DNA of 64,000 bases. Origin: an uncultured Flavobacteriales bacterium (GTDB taxonomy: Bacteria > Bacteroidota > Bacteroidia > CAIKAF01). The notes under the pieces were generated by a model. That model did not search any database, was not told the DNA's origin, and was given only the letters and a program-made list of their open reading frames with translations. The position numbers and the translations under genes are program-made. The DNA lies in NCBI GenBank assembly GCA_903825395.1, contig CAIKAF010000005.1:82755-146754 (forward strand), read 5' to 3'. Shown here piece after piece: positions 1 to 8,329 of this stretch. Each line of letters starts with the position of its first letter. Position 1 is the first letter of the stretch.

Positions 1-48
1 GCGCATTCCGGCTCCTTTTCAATGGCTGATGTACTCGTTTCAGAATAA
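1..48 (+). CDS. 3' end of a gene running in from the left edge; C-terminus weakly resembles dihydrodipicolinate reductase
   Basis: Open frame AHSGSFSMADVLVSE ending in TAA at 46-48; G-x-F-x-M-x-D-V-L resembles the DapB C-terminus, but only 15 codons are visible. Confidence 0.3.
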   Translation, partial: AHSGSFSMADVLVSE

Positions 49-53
49 TTTGT

Positions 54-196
54 GGGGCGGCAGCCGGGCTTTCGCGGGTAGTCCGCGGTGGCCGGACGGG
101 GCGCTAGCGGGCTGCGGTGGCTCCTAAAGTCGCCTCCTCGCCGCGCAGCGCCTACCGCCGCCCACCTTGCGGGCAACCCTGCTCAATCCCTGCCGC
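54..196 (+). repeat. Family B GC-rich ~143-bp hairpin repeat, copy 1
   Basis: Ends pair (GCGGCAG...CTGCCGC); GGGCTTTC, GCTCCTAAAGTCGC and TCAATCCC motifs are shared with other copies. Confidence 0.9.
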
Positions 197-251
197 AAGC
201 GGAATCCAGACCCCAGCCCTGTCATTCTCTATTTTAGACCTCAAGGACCGT

Positions 252-782
252 TCAGGACTCCCGATTGGTGTTCCTCATTTTGGAATTGGAGAATGCCCGG
301 CCAAAATAAACCAGCAAAGGCAGAAAAAAGGCCAGCAGCACCACCGGCAACATCCACTCCGCCATCAGCCCCTTTTTCTGCTGAGCGGTCTGAATGGTTT
401 CAAACAACACCAAGCCAAACACCAGCACCAGAGCCAATTTTGTTTGGCGCATCAACTGAACGGCCAACTTGTACTGAAATTCTGCATTGGCCGGGGTAAT
501 TTGAACCGGATAATTAAAGGTATGCGGGTAGCGGTTTAACAGCCCCAGCCCAAGACTCAAAACGGTACAAACCAACAGCAACACCCAAACTTGAGCCTTT
601 GAGCCATAGGCATCCGGACTGCCTGATGCATTAAAATGAACAGGGATTTCGGCGGGAAGCCCTTGAAAAACAGAAAGGACATACGCCCATTGGCACAACA
701 ACAGTAACCAACTCAAGCCCTCGTAAATGAAATCGAGCGGGCCGGGGATTAGCTTAATTTTAGGACGTACTGGGTTTTTCAT
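252..782 (-). CDS. DUF1648/SdpI-like membrane protein
   Basis: LPAEIPVHFNASGSPDAYGSK motif, FNYPV motif, about 4 TM segments; ATG at 782 preferred over the ORF-track TTG at 794. Confidence 0.8.
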   Translation of the reverse strand: MKNPVRPKIKLIPGPLDFIYEGLSWLLLLCQWAYVLSVFQGLPAEIPVHFNASGSPDAYGSKAQVWVLLLVCTVLSLGLGLLNRYPHTFNYPVQITPANAEFQYKLAVQLMRQTKLALVLVFGLVLFETIQTAQQKKGLMAEWMLPVVLLAFFLPLLVYFGRAFSNSKMRNTNRES

Positions 783-888
783 AGCAACAACCAAACCTGT
801 TCAGCAAGAAACTTCTGTCCTAAGATAAAAAATGAAAGCCTTGTTCAAGAAAAGCAGGCTTGGGTTTTTTATTTTGGATGTGCGCCCG

Positions 889-1043
889 TTTTTTTACCGC
901 AAAGAACACAATGTCGGCGCGAAGGACGCAAAGGGGGTGTAGTAAAAGCAACCACGCTCTTATTCAGCCCAAAACCCTGTTCGCTTTGCGCCTCCCTCCG
1001 CGAACGTTGTGGTAAAAACTGGCATTCAAGCCTGTGCCAGGCT
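889..1043 (+). repeat. Family A ~130-bp inverted-end repeat plus a 25-bp tail
   Basis: TTTTACCGCAA...TTGTGGTAAAA ends; closely similar direct copy 2090 bp downstream. Confidence 0.9.
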
Positions 1044-1146
1044 CATTTACCGCAAACACCAAGGCAACATTCCTTTTACAAAAAGGCGCTCCTTGTTAAA
1101 AATGCCCAAAATAAAAGGGTACTATTGAATCGGGCTACGAAGTATG

Positions 1147-1154
1147 TATCTTTG
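1147..1154 (+). promoter_or_regulatory. Bacteroidota -7 promoter element for the lemA operon
   Basis: TATCTTTG matches TAnnTTTG, 16 nt before the ATG at 1171; TTG about 20 nt upstream. Confidence 0.7.
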
Positions 1155-1170
1155 AAAGAACAACAAACAC

Positions 1171-1755
1171 ATGAAAACACGCAGTTTACATTTCGTACTT
1201 TTTATTCTGCTCATCCCATTTTTAAGCAGTTGCGGCTACAATGCCATGGTAGCCAAAGAGGAAGCCACCACGGCCGCCTGGGCTCAGGTTGAAAACGTCT
1301 ATCAGCGCCGTGCCGACCTGATTCCCAATCTGGTGAATACTGTTAAGGGAGTAGCTGATTTTGAAAAACAAACCCTAAAAGAAGTGGTGGAAGCGCGGGC
1401 TTCTGCTACCCAAGTAAAGGTCGATGCGTCCAACCTTAGTCCGGAACAAATTAAGGCCTTTCAGGCCTCGCAAGGCCAACTGACCCAAGCCTTAGGGAAG
1501 TTGTTAATGGTGGCCGAACAATACCCCCAACTGAAAGCCACTCAAAACTTTTTAGAATTGCAGGCCCAATTGGAGGGAACTGAAAACCGCATCAGTGTTG
1601 AGCGGCAAAAGTTCAATACTGTTGTACAAGACTACAATGCCTACATCCGGAAATTCCCTCAGGTCATATATTCGGGTTGGTTTGGATTTGAAAAGAAAGG
1701 CTATTTCGAGGCAGAAGCCGGGGCAGAAAAAGCGCCTGAAGTAAGCTTCGAGTAA
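1171..1755 (+). CDS. lemA: LemA family protein (predicted lipoprotein)
   Basis: YQRRADLIPNLV, YPQLKA and LEGTENRI motifs; LSSC lipobox. Confidence 0.95.
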   Translation: MKTRSLHFVLFILLIPFLSSCGYNAMVAKEEATTAAWAQVENVYQRRADLIPNLVNTVKGVADFEKQTLKEVVEARASATQVKVDASNLSPEQIKAFQASQGQLTQALGKLLMVAEQYPQLKATQNFLELQAQLEGTENRISVERQKFNTVVQDYNAYIRKFPQVIYSGWFGFEKKGYFEAEAGAEKAPEVSFE

Positions 1756-1757
1756 GC

Positions 1758-2195
1758 ATGTCGGCCAGCTTTCTTTCTGAAACAGATCAACGACGGGTCA
1801 TTGAGGCCATTCAACAGGCGGAACTGCATACCGACGGCGAGATTAAAATACATTTGGAACCGACCTGTTCCAATGTCATGCCCTTGGCCAGAGCCAAAGA
1901 ATTGTTTCTACAACTGAACCTTCAAAATACAGCACAGCGAAGTGCAGTATTAATCTATATTGCCTACGAAGACCATCAGCTCGCCATTCTTGGCGATGCC
2001 GGCATACATCAGCGCGTAGGCGATTCGTTTTGGCAGCAAGAAAAAGACACCTTAATCAGTCATTTTAAAGCAGGTGACCCTGCCGGAGGCTTGGTTCGGG
2101 TTGTGCATGATGTAGGCCAGAAATTAATAGCCTTTTTTCCTAAATCGACCAACAATCCGAATGAAATTAGCGATGACTTATCCTTTGGAGAATAA
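1758..2195 (+). CDS. TPM domain protein (short form)
   Basis: AIQQAELHTDGEI, VLIYIA, ILGDAGI and NEISDD motifs; follows lemA. Confidence 0.85.
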   Translation: MSASFLSETDQRRVIEAIQQAELHTDGEIKIHLEPTCSNVMPLARAKELFLQLNLQNTAQRSAVLIYIAYEDHQLAILGDAGIHQRVGDSFWQQEKDTLISHFKAGDPAGGLVRVVHDVGQKLIAFFPKSTNNPNEISDDLSFGE

Positions 2196-2946
2196 ATTCG
2201 GATTTAGGCTTTTGTGGTTCAGCTTACTCGTTCTAATCCCCATGGTGGGATTGGCCAAAGAAGCACCTCCGAAACCCAAACGTTGGGTCAACGATTATGT
2301 GGGAATTATCCCGGCCGATGAATTGGCTCAACTGGAAGCCCAGATTCAAGCTTTCACCGATTCTACAGGGCATCAGCTGGCAGTAGTGGTTGAGCAATCG
2401 CTGGAAGGAGATGACGTATTTGATTACAGTCAACGCCTGGCCGAAGCATGGGGAATCGGCAGCAAAGAACACAACAATGGTGTTTTGCTGTACATCGCCT
2501 TGGAAGACCGGGCGCTTCGAATTCATGTAGGATATGGACTGGAAGGCGTCATTACCGATGCCTTATCCAAGCGGATTATTGAGCGTACCCTTAAACCCAG
2601 ATTTCAGCAAGAGCAATATTCGGAAGGAATACACGATGCCATCACCCTACTGATTTTAGCGGCCTCCGGAGAAAAAATAGACCTTGGTTCAGGAGAGGAA
2701 GAAATCCCGCTTTGGCTTATTGGTCTGTTTTTATTGGGTATAGTAGGCATATTTGTGTTGGCTGCCATTTTTGGAAATAAAGGCGGTGGTGGGCATGGAG
2801 GCCGTTCTGCCTATGGTGGGCCTATCTTTTGGGGTGGCACATTGGGGGGCGGCGGATTTTCCAGCGGTGGCTTTTCTGGCGGTGGGGGATTCGGAGGATT
2901 TGGTGGAGGGAGTTTTGGTGGAGGCGGTGCCAGCGGCAGCTGGTAA
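2161..2946 (+). CDS. TPM domain (YgcG-like) membrane protein with Gly-rich tail; true start may be 2173 or 2185
   Basis: VNDYVG, WGIG...NNGVLL, VGYGLEG and C-terminal GGGSFGGGGASGSW. Confidence 0.9.
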   Translation: MKLAMTYPLENKFGFRLLWFSLLVLIPMVGLAKEAPPKPKRWVNDYVGIIPADELAQLEAQIQAFTDSTGHQLAVVVEQSLEGDDVFDYSQRLAEAWGIGSKEHNNGVLLYIALEDRALRIHVGYGLEGVITDALSKRIIERTLKPRFQQEQYSEGIHDAITLLILAASGEKIDLGSGEEEIPLWLIGLFLLGIVGIFVLAAIFGNKGGGGHGGRSAYGGPIFWGGTLGGGGFSSGGFSGGGGFGGFGGGSFGGGGASGSW

Positions 2947-2978
2947 TCCGGGAATTGTGGCTCTGCCCAGGATGGGTG

Positions 2979-3133
2979 TTTTTTTACCGCAATGAGCACC
3001 ATGTCGGCGCAAAGGACGCAAAGGGGGTGGTGTAAACGCAACCAGGCTCTCATTCAACCCAAGACTCTGTGAGCTTTGCGCCTCCCTCCGCGAACATTGT
3101 GGTAAAAACTGGCATTCAAGGCTGAACCAGGCT
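2979..3133 (+). repeat. Family A repeat plus tail, direct copy of 889-1043
   Basis: Shares CTTTGCGCCTCCCTCCGCGAAC and TTGTGGTAAAAACTGGCATTCAAG with copy 1. Confidence 0.9.
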
Positions 3134-3150
3134 TTGAAGCCACATATCCA

Positions 3151-3178
3151 AAATAAAAAACCCGACCAAGGTCGGGTT
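3151..3178 (-). terminator. Intrinsic terminator of the five-gene minus-strand operon
   Basis: AACCCGACC-AA-GGTCGGGTT stem with an A-run on the left (U-tract on the minus strand), 25 bp beyond the stop at 3204. Confidence 0.8.
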
Positions 3179-3203
3179 AAATTTGATTGAAATGATGGGC
3201 CGA

Positions 3204-3581
3204 TTACTTGGCCAGATGGACCTTTGTAACCTTAATTTTAACTATGGTTGCCCCTTTGTATTTGCACATCTTAAGAAACGATTTTGCGCTGCCTGAGGGA
3301 ATCGCATCTTCGGGACTGGAAGCGTTGAACGAATCTTCTTTCGTGTCAACCAGTTCCCCGAAATTATCGTAAAACTCGGCAGTCCAACGAAGTCCATCGA
3401 TGGGTTTGTCGTGTTTGTTTTGAATGTAAAAGCTGTATGAAATCAAATTCCCAAGCACAATTTTGGGAGAAATCTTAAACACCTCTGCCTTTTCAATTGC
3501 CCCATCGGATTGAGCTGCCAATGGAGTGTTTGATAGGGAAAAGAAAAACAGAAGCGGCAATAGAGCGGAAATAAATTTCAT
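3204..3581 (-). CDS. Small exported protein, FxLYD-like Ig-type domain
   Basis: Signal peptide; AEFYDNFGELVD resembles the FxLYD motif. Confidence 0.6.
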   Translation of the reverse strand: MKFISALLPLLFFFSLSNTPLAAQSDGAIEKAEVFKISPKIVLGNLISYSFYIQNKHDKPIDGLRWTAEFYDNFGELVDTKEDSFNASSPEDAIPSGSAKSFLKMCKYKGATIVKIKVTKVHLAK

Positions 3582-3640
3582 GATTTCTACAGATTTAGGT
3601 TCAGTAAAATGTCAAAACAAAAATCAGACCAAACTAAAAA

Positions 3641-4636
3641 TCAATACCACCAAGAGCGGATGTTGTAAACAACCGTTGTTTTAGGCTGATTTTGTGCTCG
3701 GGCAACACCGATAGCCCTTGCTGCGTTGATGCGGCTCTTTTCGAGGTTCACTGCATCGGCTTGCTGCTTCAACTTGAACTCCCATTCACGTTGTTCGGCA
3801 GCTTGTGCGCGCTGATCCAACTCTTGAATCCGCTTTGCAATGGTATTTGATAGCCCTTGAGCATCGGAATAGCAAGAGGAATTGGGGTCAATGTTGCCAA
3901 GGAATTGGGCCGCCTTTTTGGCTGCTCCTTCATCTTGGCCTGCATTCCATGCGTTTTGTGCCTCCATCATATCAATTTTACATTGCTTATCAATTTGCTT
4001 TTGATAAATAGGAGCAACGGCTGTCATGGCCTTGTTGTAGCAATCTTTACACACATCAGGCACGCTGGTCAGAACAGAAATAGCTCCTTCAAAATCACTT
4101 TGGCTCGATAAGGTTTCGGCCTCTTTTAGAATGAAATCGCACTTGCTGTTGTAGTACTCGATGATTTTCACTTTCGCCTTTTCTACAAATTCGGTGTAGA
4201 GGGGGTCTTGGTCCTTAATTTTTTTAATTGCGGCTAAATATGCCTTCGTATGGCTGGGACCGGCGCCTTTGGTATTGATGGTTTGTGAAGCGAATAAGGT
4301 TCCTTCAATGGCATCTCCAATTAAAAGCGTAATCTCCAATTCATAATAATAAATAGTTGGAGTGGTGCTAGAAACCTCTTTCGCCAATTCGGCAATTTTA
4401 GCCGTCATGATAAAGCGGTTGTCGTACGAAGATCCACCTAAGCCTGCTTTGGTGATAATGCGCTCGATGCGTGTTTTTAGGGCGGATTGAGCTTCCGGGG
4501 TAATATCTCCGATATCTGTAGGCACATATGCTTTGATGGGGATTCTAGCCGCATCATCAGCACTGGCCTCAGAGTTTTGAGCCAACATTGTGTTGGCAGC
4601 CAAAAGTAAAAGGAGGGGAAAAAAGATACGTTTCAT
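3641..4636 (-). CDS. Exported hypothetical protein: alpha/beta N-domain followed by a helical/coiled-coil region
   Basis: 331-aa ORF with signal peptide, CKDC and other Cys residues, aromatic C-terminus SWWY; tight operon spacing. Confidence 0.75.
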   Translation of the reverse strand: MKRIFFPLLLLLAANTMLAQNSEASADDAARIPIKAYVPTDIGDITPEAQSALKTRIERIITKAGLGGSSYDNRFIMTAKIAELAKEVSSTTPTIYYYELEITLLIGDAIEGTLFASQTINTKGAGPSHTKAYLAAIKKIKDQDPLYTEFVEKAKVKIIEYYNSKCDFILKEAETLSSQSDFEGAISVLTSVPDVCKDCYNKAMTAVAPIYQKQIDKQCKIDMMEAQNAWNAGQDEGAAKKAAQFLGNIDPNSSCYSDAQGLSNTIAKRIQELDQRAQAAEQREWEFKLKQQADAVNLEKSRINAARAIGVARAQNQPKTTVVYNIRSWWY

Positions 4637-4646
4637 ATCGAGTAGT

Positions 4647-5144
4647 TTATTTGATGTTATCTTGCTCTAACTGTTTTTTAAGTTTTAGGCGCTCAACCCG
4701 AACCACTACCATGCGCTGTTCGGCTTGCTTTGATTCTTTTACATTCCGTTCGGCCTTGTTTTTCCCTGTTTCATCTTTCACGCTTACAAAGGCTTTATAG
4801 GGGCCTTTATCTGCGAAGAAATTGGCAAAATACTCCTCATATTTTTCTTGAGCACGAGGGGTAAGAATCAACGGACTGCTGTTGCAACCGCCAACGCCAA
4901 TTTTTATGCCTTTGAAAACAACGGCATGCACCGCATTTTTCATGGCTTGCTCAGAGGCATCCGCATAGTTTTTACCTAGGCCATAGGATTCAACGGTAAT
5001 GCTTCCATCCATTTCAGTACCCAAGCAAGAAACTTCATACGTGTATAATGCACCGCGAGACGTTTCTTGGGTCTTACAGGAAAAAAAAGTCATCAGCCCT
5101 ACACATAGAAGGGCTGATGACACAAAATAGGTTGAAGATTTCAA
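4647..5144 (-). CDS. Hypothetical lipoprotein, possibly LPP20-like
   Basis: FFSC lipobox; G-x-G...A...A..NAV pattern; TTG start abuts the upstream stop. Confidence 0.7.
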   Translation of the reverse strand: MKSSTYFVSSALLCVGLMTFFSCKTQETSRGALYTYEVSCLGTEMDGSITVESYGLGKNYADASEQAMKNAVHAVVFKGIKIGVGGCNSSPLILTPRAQEKYEEYFANFFADKGPYKAFVSVKDETGKNKAERNVKESKQAEQRMVVVRVERLKLKKQLEQDNIK

Positions 5145-6542
5145 TTATTCAGCAGGTTTAAAAACAACTACAACTTTACCCTTACCTACTGTTTTTACAA
5201 CAGCTTGAAGGTCCTTTAATTCTTCGGTTACGTAGGTTTCGATTTTCGATGCCAATTTTTCAAAGCTGTTAGAAACCTCTTTGCCTTTCCTGTTTTTGGT
5301 TTTTGAAGGAATGGTAACATCGTATTCTCTACGCGTTCCGGTTTGTTGTCCGAATGGAGAAGCTTTAGAAGCCAATTCTTCAGCCGCCTCATCAATCAAT
5401 TCAGAGAAGGTCATTTTGTCTCCGCCCACGTTGATTTTAGAGCTGAAATTCAAATCAACACCGGCGTCCACTTTGAAAATGATTTTTCCTGCCAGACCTT
5501 TTTCTTCGCGTTTAACAAGAAACTTAAGGGCCTTTGCTTGGAAATCATTACTAGCCTCCTTAAGAGCCGCATCCATTAGGGCAGTTTTGTTGTCTCCAAC
5601 AATGCGCTTGGTTACAGAGCGACCTGGCATATCAGAGGAAGAATTGCTGTAGGCATCGATACCGGTAAAGGAGATGGTCATTTGCTTTGCGGTTCCTCCG
5701 TCAACAGATTCTTCTGTAAAGTTTACTTCAAGGTAGATATCTGCCTGAAGCGTTCTGGCCAACATATCTTCAGCAGATTCTTTCAGGTCTACGTCATCAG
5801 AAAGTTTGTCGCGCATCACCTCATTGTTGCCATTTGCAAGTTGTGTATTGATGTCGTCGATTTTGAATCCATCACCAAGATTCACACGAATGCTCTGAAG
5901 AATATGGTTGTAATCCTTGTTTTCAGACAGACGAGAGTAATCGCGTTTTGGGGCGTTGACTCCCTGATTGTCTTCAAATGTAAGGCCACCTAACCTCTTC
6001 AGCCATTCGTCATTCGGGCGCACAACAACAGTGATTTCACCTAGGGTTTCCCGAAGGTCAGCCATGGATTTGATTTTACCTTGCGACTCTAAATCTTTGC
6101 GGATTTCAGCGATTTTCAAGGTTACAGAAGTTGTGATTTTCATCATCTTCTTTTTCTCGATCTTCACTTCGCCTCCAGGCTTTGACGTGTTGATTTTGCC
6201 TTCCGCATAGCGCAGACCTTTTCCTTCTTCATTGATAAACGCAATAAAGAAATCTTTGTCCTGCTCATATACTGACGATTCAGCAAGTTTGGTTACAGCG
6301 GCATCAAATCCTACAAAAATGTAAGTGTATAGAGCCAGTTTACGTGCTTCAAGAAGCGCTTCTGGCACCGTTGGTGCCGAGCAGGTTACATCAACCTTGA
6401 TATAATCTCCCTTTGTGTCGCCCCAAAGTTCAACCGCCTTAAAAGGATCGGTTTCAAACCAAGGTTCATTTTGAGCATTTAGAACTGTTGTAGAACCCAA
6501 TGCGGCAATTACAACAATACAGCTTAGAATAAAACGTTTCAT
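5145..6542 (-). CDS. Exported protein resembling the DUF6175 family
   Basis: Signal peptide; ITVVVRPNDEW, ADIYLEV and GIDAYS segments recalled from DUF6175-type proteins. Confidence 0.6.
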   Translation of the reverse strand: MKRFILSCIVVIAALGSTTVLNAQNEPWFETDPFKAVELWGDTKGDYIKVDVTCSAPTVPEALLEARKLALYTYIFVGFDAAVTKLAESSVYEQDKDFFIAFINEEGKGLRYAEGKINTSKPGGEVKIEKKKMMKITTSVTLKIAEIRKDLESQGKIKSMADLRETLGEITVVVRPNDEWLKRLGGLTFEDNQGVNAPKRDYSRLSENKDYNHILQSIRVNLGDGFKIDDINTQLANGNNEVMRDKLSDDVDLKESAEDMLARTLQADIYLEVNFTEESVDGGTAKQMTISFTGIDAYSNSSSDMPGRSVTKRIVGDNKTALMDAALKEASNDFQAKALKFLVKREEKGLAGKIIFKVDAGVDLNFSSKINVGGDKMTFSELIDEAAEELASKASPFGQQTGTRREYDVTIPSKTKNRKGKEVSNSFEKLASKIETYVTEELKDLQAVVKTVGKGKVVVVFKPAE

Positions 6543-6569
6543 ACCTAATGTGTTAGTGTATATAATTAA

Positions 6570-7940
6570 TTATTTAAGCAGGCGCAAAAAGTGAATTCCG
6601 GGTTGCACCTTTTTGCCACCAGCAAATGAAGTAAAGGCAGGACCAACTACTGGATTGCCAGAGGCATCCAACGCAGGCTCTTGGTCGGCACCAATGCGGT
6701 TATCCCAAATGGGTTGTTTCTTGTCTACTTTCACTTTTCCGATAGACTTATAGCGTGGGAAGCCAAACTCATTGAATTCGATTGCCAACACCTCAAACGT
6801 TTGGTTTTCTTCAATTCCTTCTTTCATTCCGATTCGTGCGGTTACAGGAGCTGCGCTAGAAACAGGAGCTACTGGACGGAATTGAACATGGTTCTTTTGC
6901 AAACGGGCCAATGAATTGTCCATAACGCGCTTGATTTGAAGGTCAATAATTTGTTCTTCAGTGCGCTTCTCGCCAATTTTAAAGGTAACGATAGAACTGG
7001 TGGTTGACTTACCTACAAATTTGATTTTGAAAATGGATGTAGTGTCCCAAATTTGTCCGCGTTTGGCCATCAATTCGCTGTTTTCAAAATATCCTTTAAA
7101 CTTTTCAGCAACAGCGGCATCCCATTCCAATTGGTATAGGAAAGAAGTACAAATTACGGTATATCCTTCTTTGGTGCGCTCATACACAGTATCCAGTTGG
7201 TCCAATGACTTTTGCAACATAGCGGGAGGCATAGCGGCCATTTTTTTGCGAGCTTCGGCCTTAGCCAAGTCACGAGCCAAAGCAGCGACGGGTTCGTTGG
7301 GGAAAAAGTTCAATTTCTGAAACACAGTATAGGTGTTTGAAATCAACTCGTAATCCTCGTACAAATTTTCAGCTAAAGCGGCTTGCTTTGCGTCATCCAT
7401 CTTTTCAGCTGAAGCGGAATACTTACCTCTTTCCAACAATAAATTTTTGTTGATGTCATTCCCTTTCCGGTTAAACCAAGTATCAAACATTTGGCGTGCA
7501 ATGTTCTTTTGGCTAATGTACTTTTGTAATTTAAGCTGAAGCAATTCTCCCTTGTCAGGACCTTGTACAGCAACAGAGCTATCGGCCTTAAGGTAACGCA
7601 ACGGACGTAAAGGGAATTTTGCTGCCTTTAAAAAGTCCATCGGAGTTTTAAACGTATCTTTATAAAATCCGGCAGCCAAGAACTCGGCATCTGTCAATTT
7701 AATGGCAGCCGCATCAAACTTCTTATCGGCAATTTCATGCTTGTTGTACTTGTCAGGAAATGGATACGAATTGTACGATTTAATGACTAAATTTTTGCTT
7801 TTCCCCAAATCATCGTCTTCAATTAAGACCATGGTCATGGAGCTTCTGCGGTAATCCAAAGGAGTTGGGGCATCCTGAGCCTGTAGCCCAGCGAACAACG
7901 TTATACCCAAAAGAGCAGCGAAGTTGGTTTTTAGATTCAT
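6570..7940 (-). CDS. Exported hypothetical protein, first gene of the five-gene operon
   Basis: 456-aa ORF with signal peptide; YRRSS near the N-terminus; C-terminal beta-rich VTARIGMKEGI...FEVL segment. Confidence 0.75.
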   Translation of the reverse strand: MNLKTNFAALLGITLFAGLQAQDAPTPLDYRRSSMTMVLIEDDDLGKSKNLVIKSYNSYPFPDKYNKHEIADKKFDAAAIKLTDAEFLAAGFYKDTFKTPMDFLKAAKFPLRPLRYLKADSSVAVQGPDKGELLQLKLQKYISQKNIARQMFDTWFNRKGNDINKNLLLERGKYSASAEKMDDAKQAALAENLYEDYELISNTYTVFQKLNFFPNEPVAALARDLAKAEARKKMAAMPPAMLQKSLDQLDTVYERTKEGYTVICTSFLYQLEWDAAVAEKFKGYFENSELMAKRGQIWDTTSIFKIKFVGKSTTSSIVTFKIGEKRTEEQIIDLQIKRVMDNSLARLQKNHVQFRPVAPVSSAAPVTARIGMKEGIEENQTFEVLAIEFNEFGFPRYKSIGKVKVDKKQPIWDNRIGADQEPALDASGNPVVGPAFTSFAGGKKVQPGIHFLRLLK

Positions 7941-8130
7941 TATCAGTTATTTAAGTGAAAAAATTACATGTTATGGGGCGTAAAAATGGGGATATTTTTT
8001 AGGAACGCCAAATTTAGACTGCAATTAATTTAATCTGCGGTTTACCCATAAGAAATAATGAAGGGGGTTTTTACAATGTGAAGTTTAAGCCAAAAGCCTC
8101 AATCCGCGGCCCTTGGCCTAGAGGTGGCCT

Positions 8131-8273
8131 GCGGCAGGGATTGACGAGGCTAGCCCGCAAAGATGCCGAAGCCTGGCCCGCTAGGTGCGGAGGCGACTTT
8201 AGGAGCCACCGCAAACCAGCTGGGCCAGCCTTTCGGCAACTGCGGACTAGCACGGAAAGCCCGTCAGCCGCCC
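8131..8273 (-). repeat. Family B hairpin repeat, copy 2
   Basis: Reverse complement carries GGGCTTTCCG...GGTGGCTCCTAAAGTCGCCTCCGC...TCAATCCCTGCCGC. Confidence 0.9.
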
Positions 8274-8284
8274 AAAATCCCCAT

Positions 8285-8311
8285 AAAAAAAGCCCCGCAG
8301 TGCAGGGCTTT
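8285..8311 (-). terminator. Intrinsic terminator of the act-cox operon
   Basis: AAGCCC...GGGCTT stem with a 7-A run, just downstream of the subunit I stop. Confidence 0.7.
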
Positions 8312-8329
8312 AACGTTAGAATTTTACGC

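Noticed and set aside
117..539. ORF-track ORFs crossing repeats (117-539, 167-499, 8071-8626, 20223-20414, 24146-24472, 33310-33792, 39926-40339, 49639-50016, 50943-51488)
   Set aside because: Their shared peptide-like motifs (e.g. RWLLKSPP) come from the GC-rich repeats, and most overlap or lie antisense to real genes
2783..2946. GGN-rich low-complexity tract as a DNA repeat element
   Set aside because: It encodes the usual Gly-rich tail of YgcG/TPM proteins
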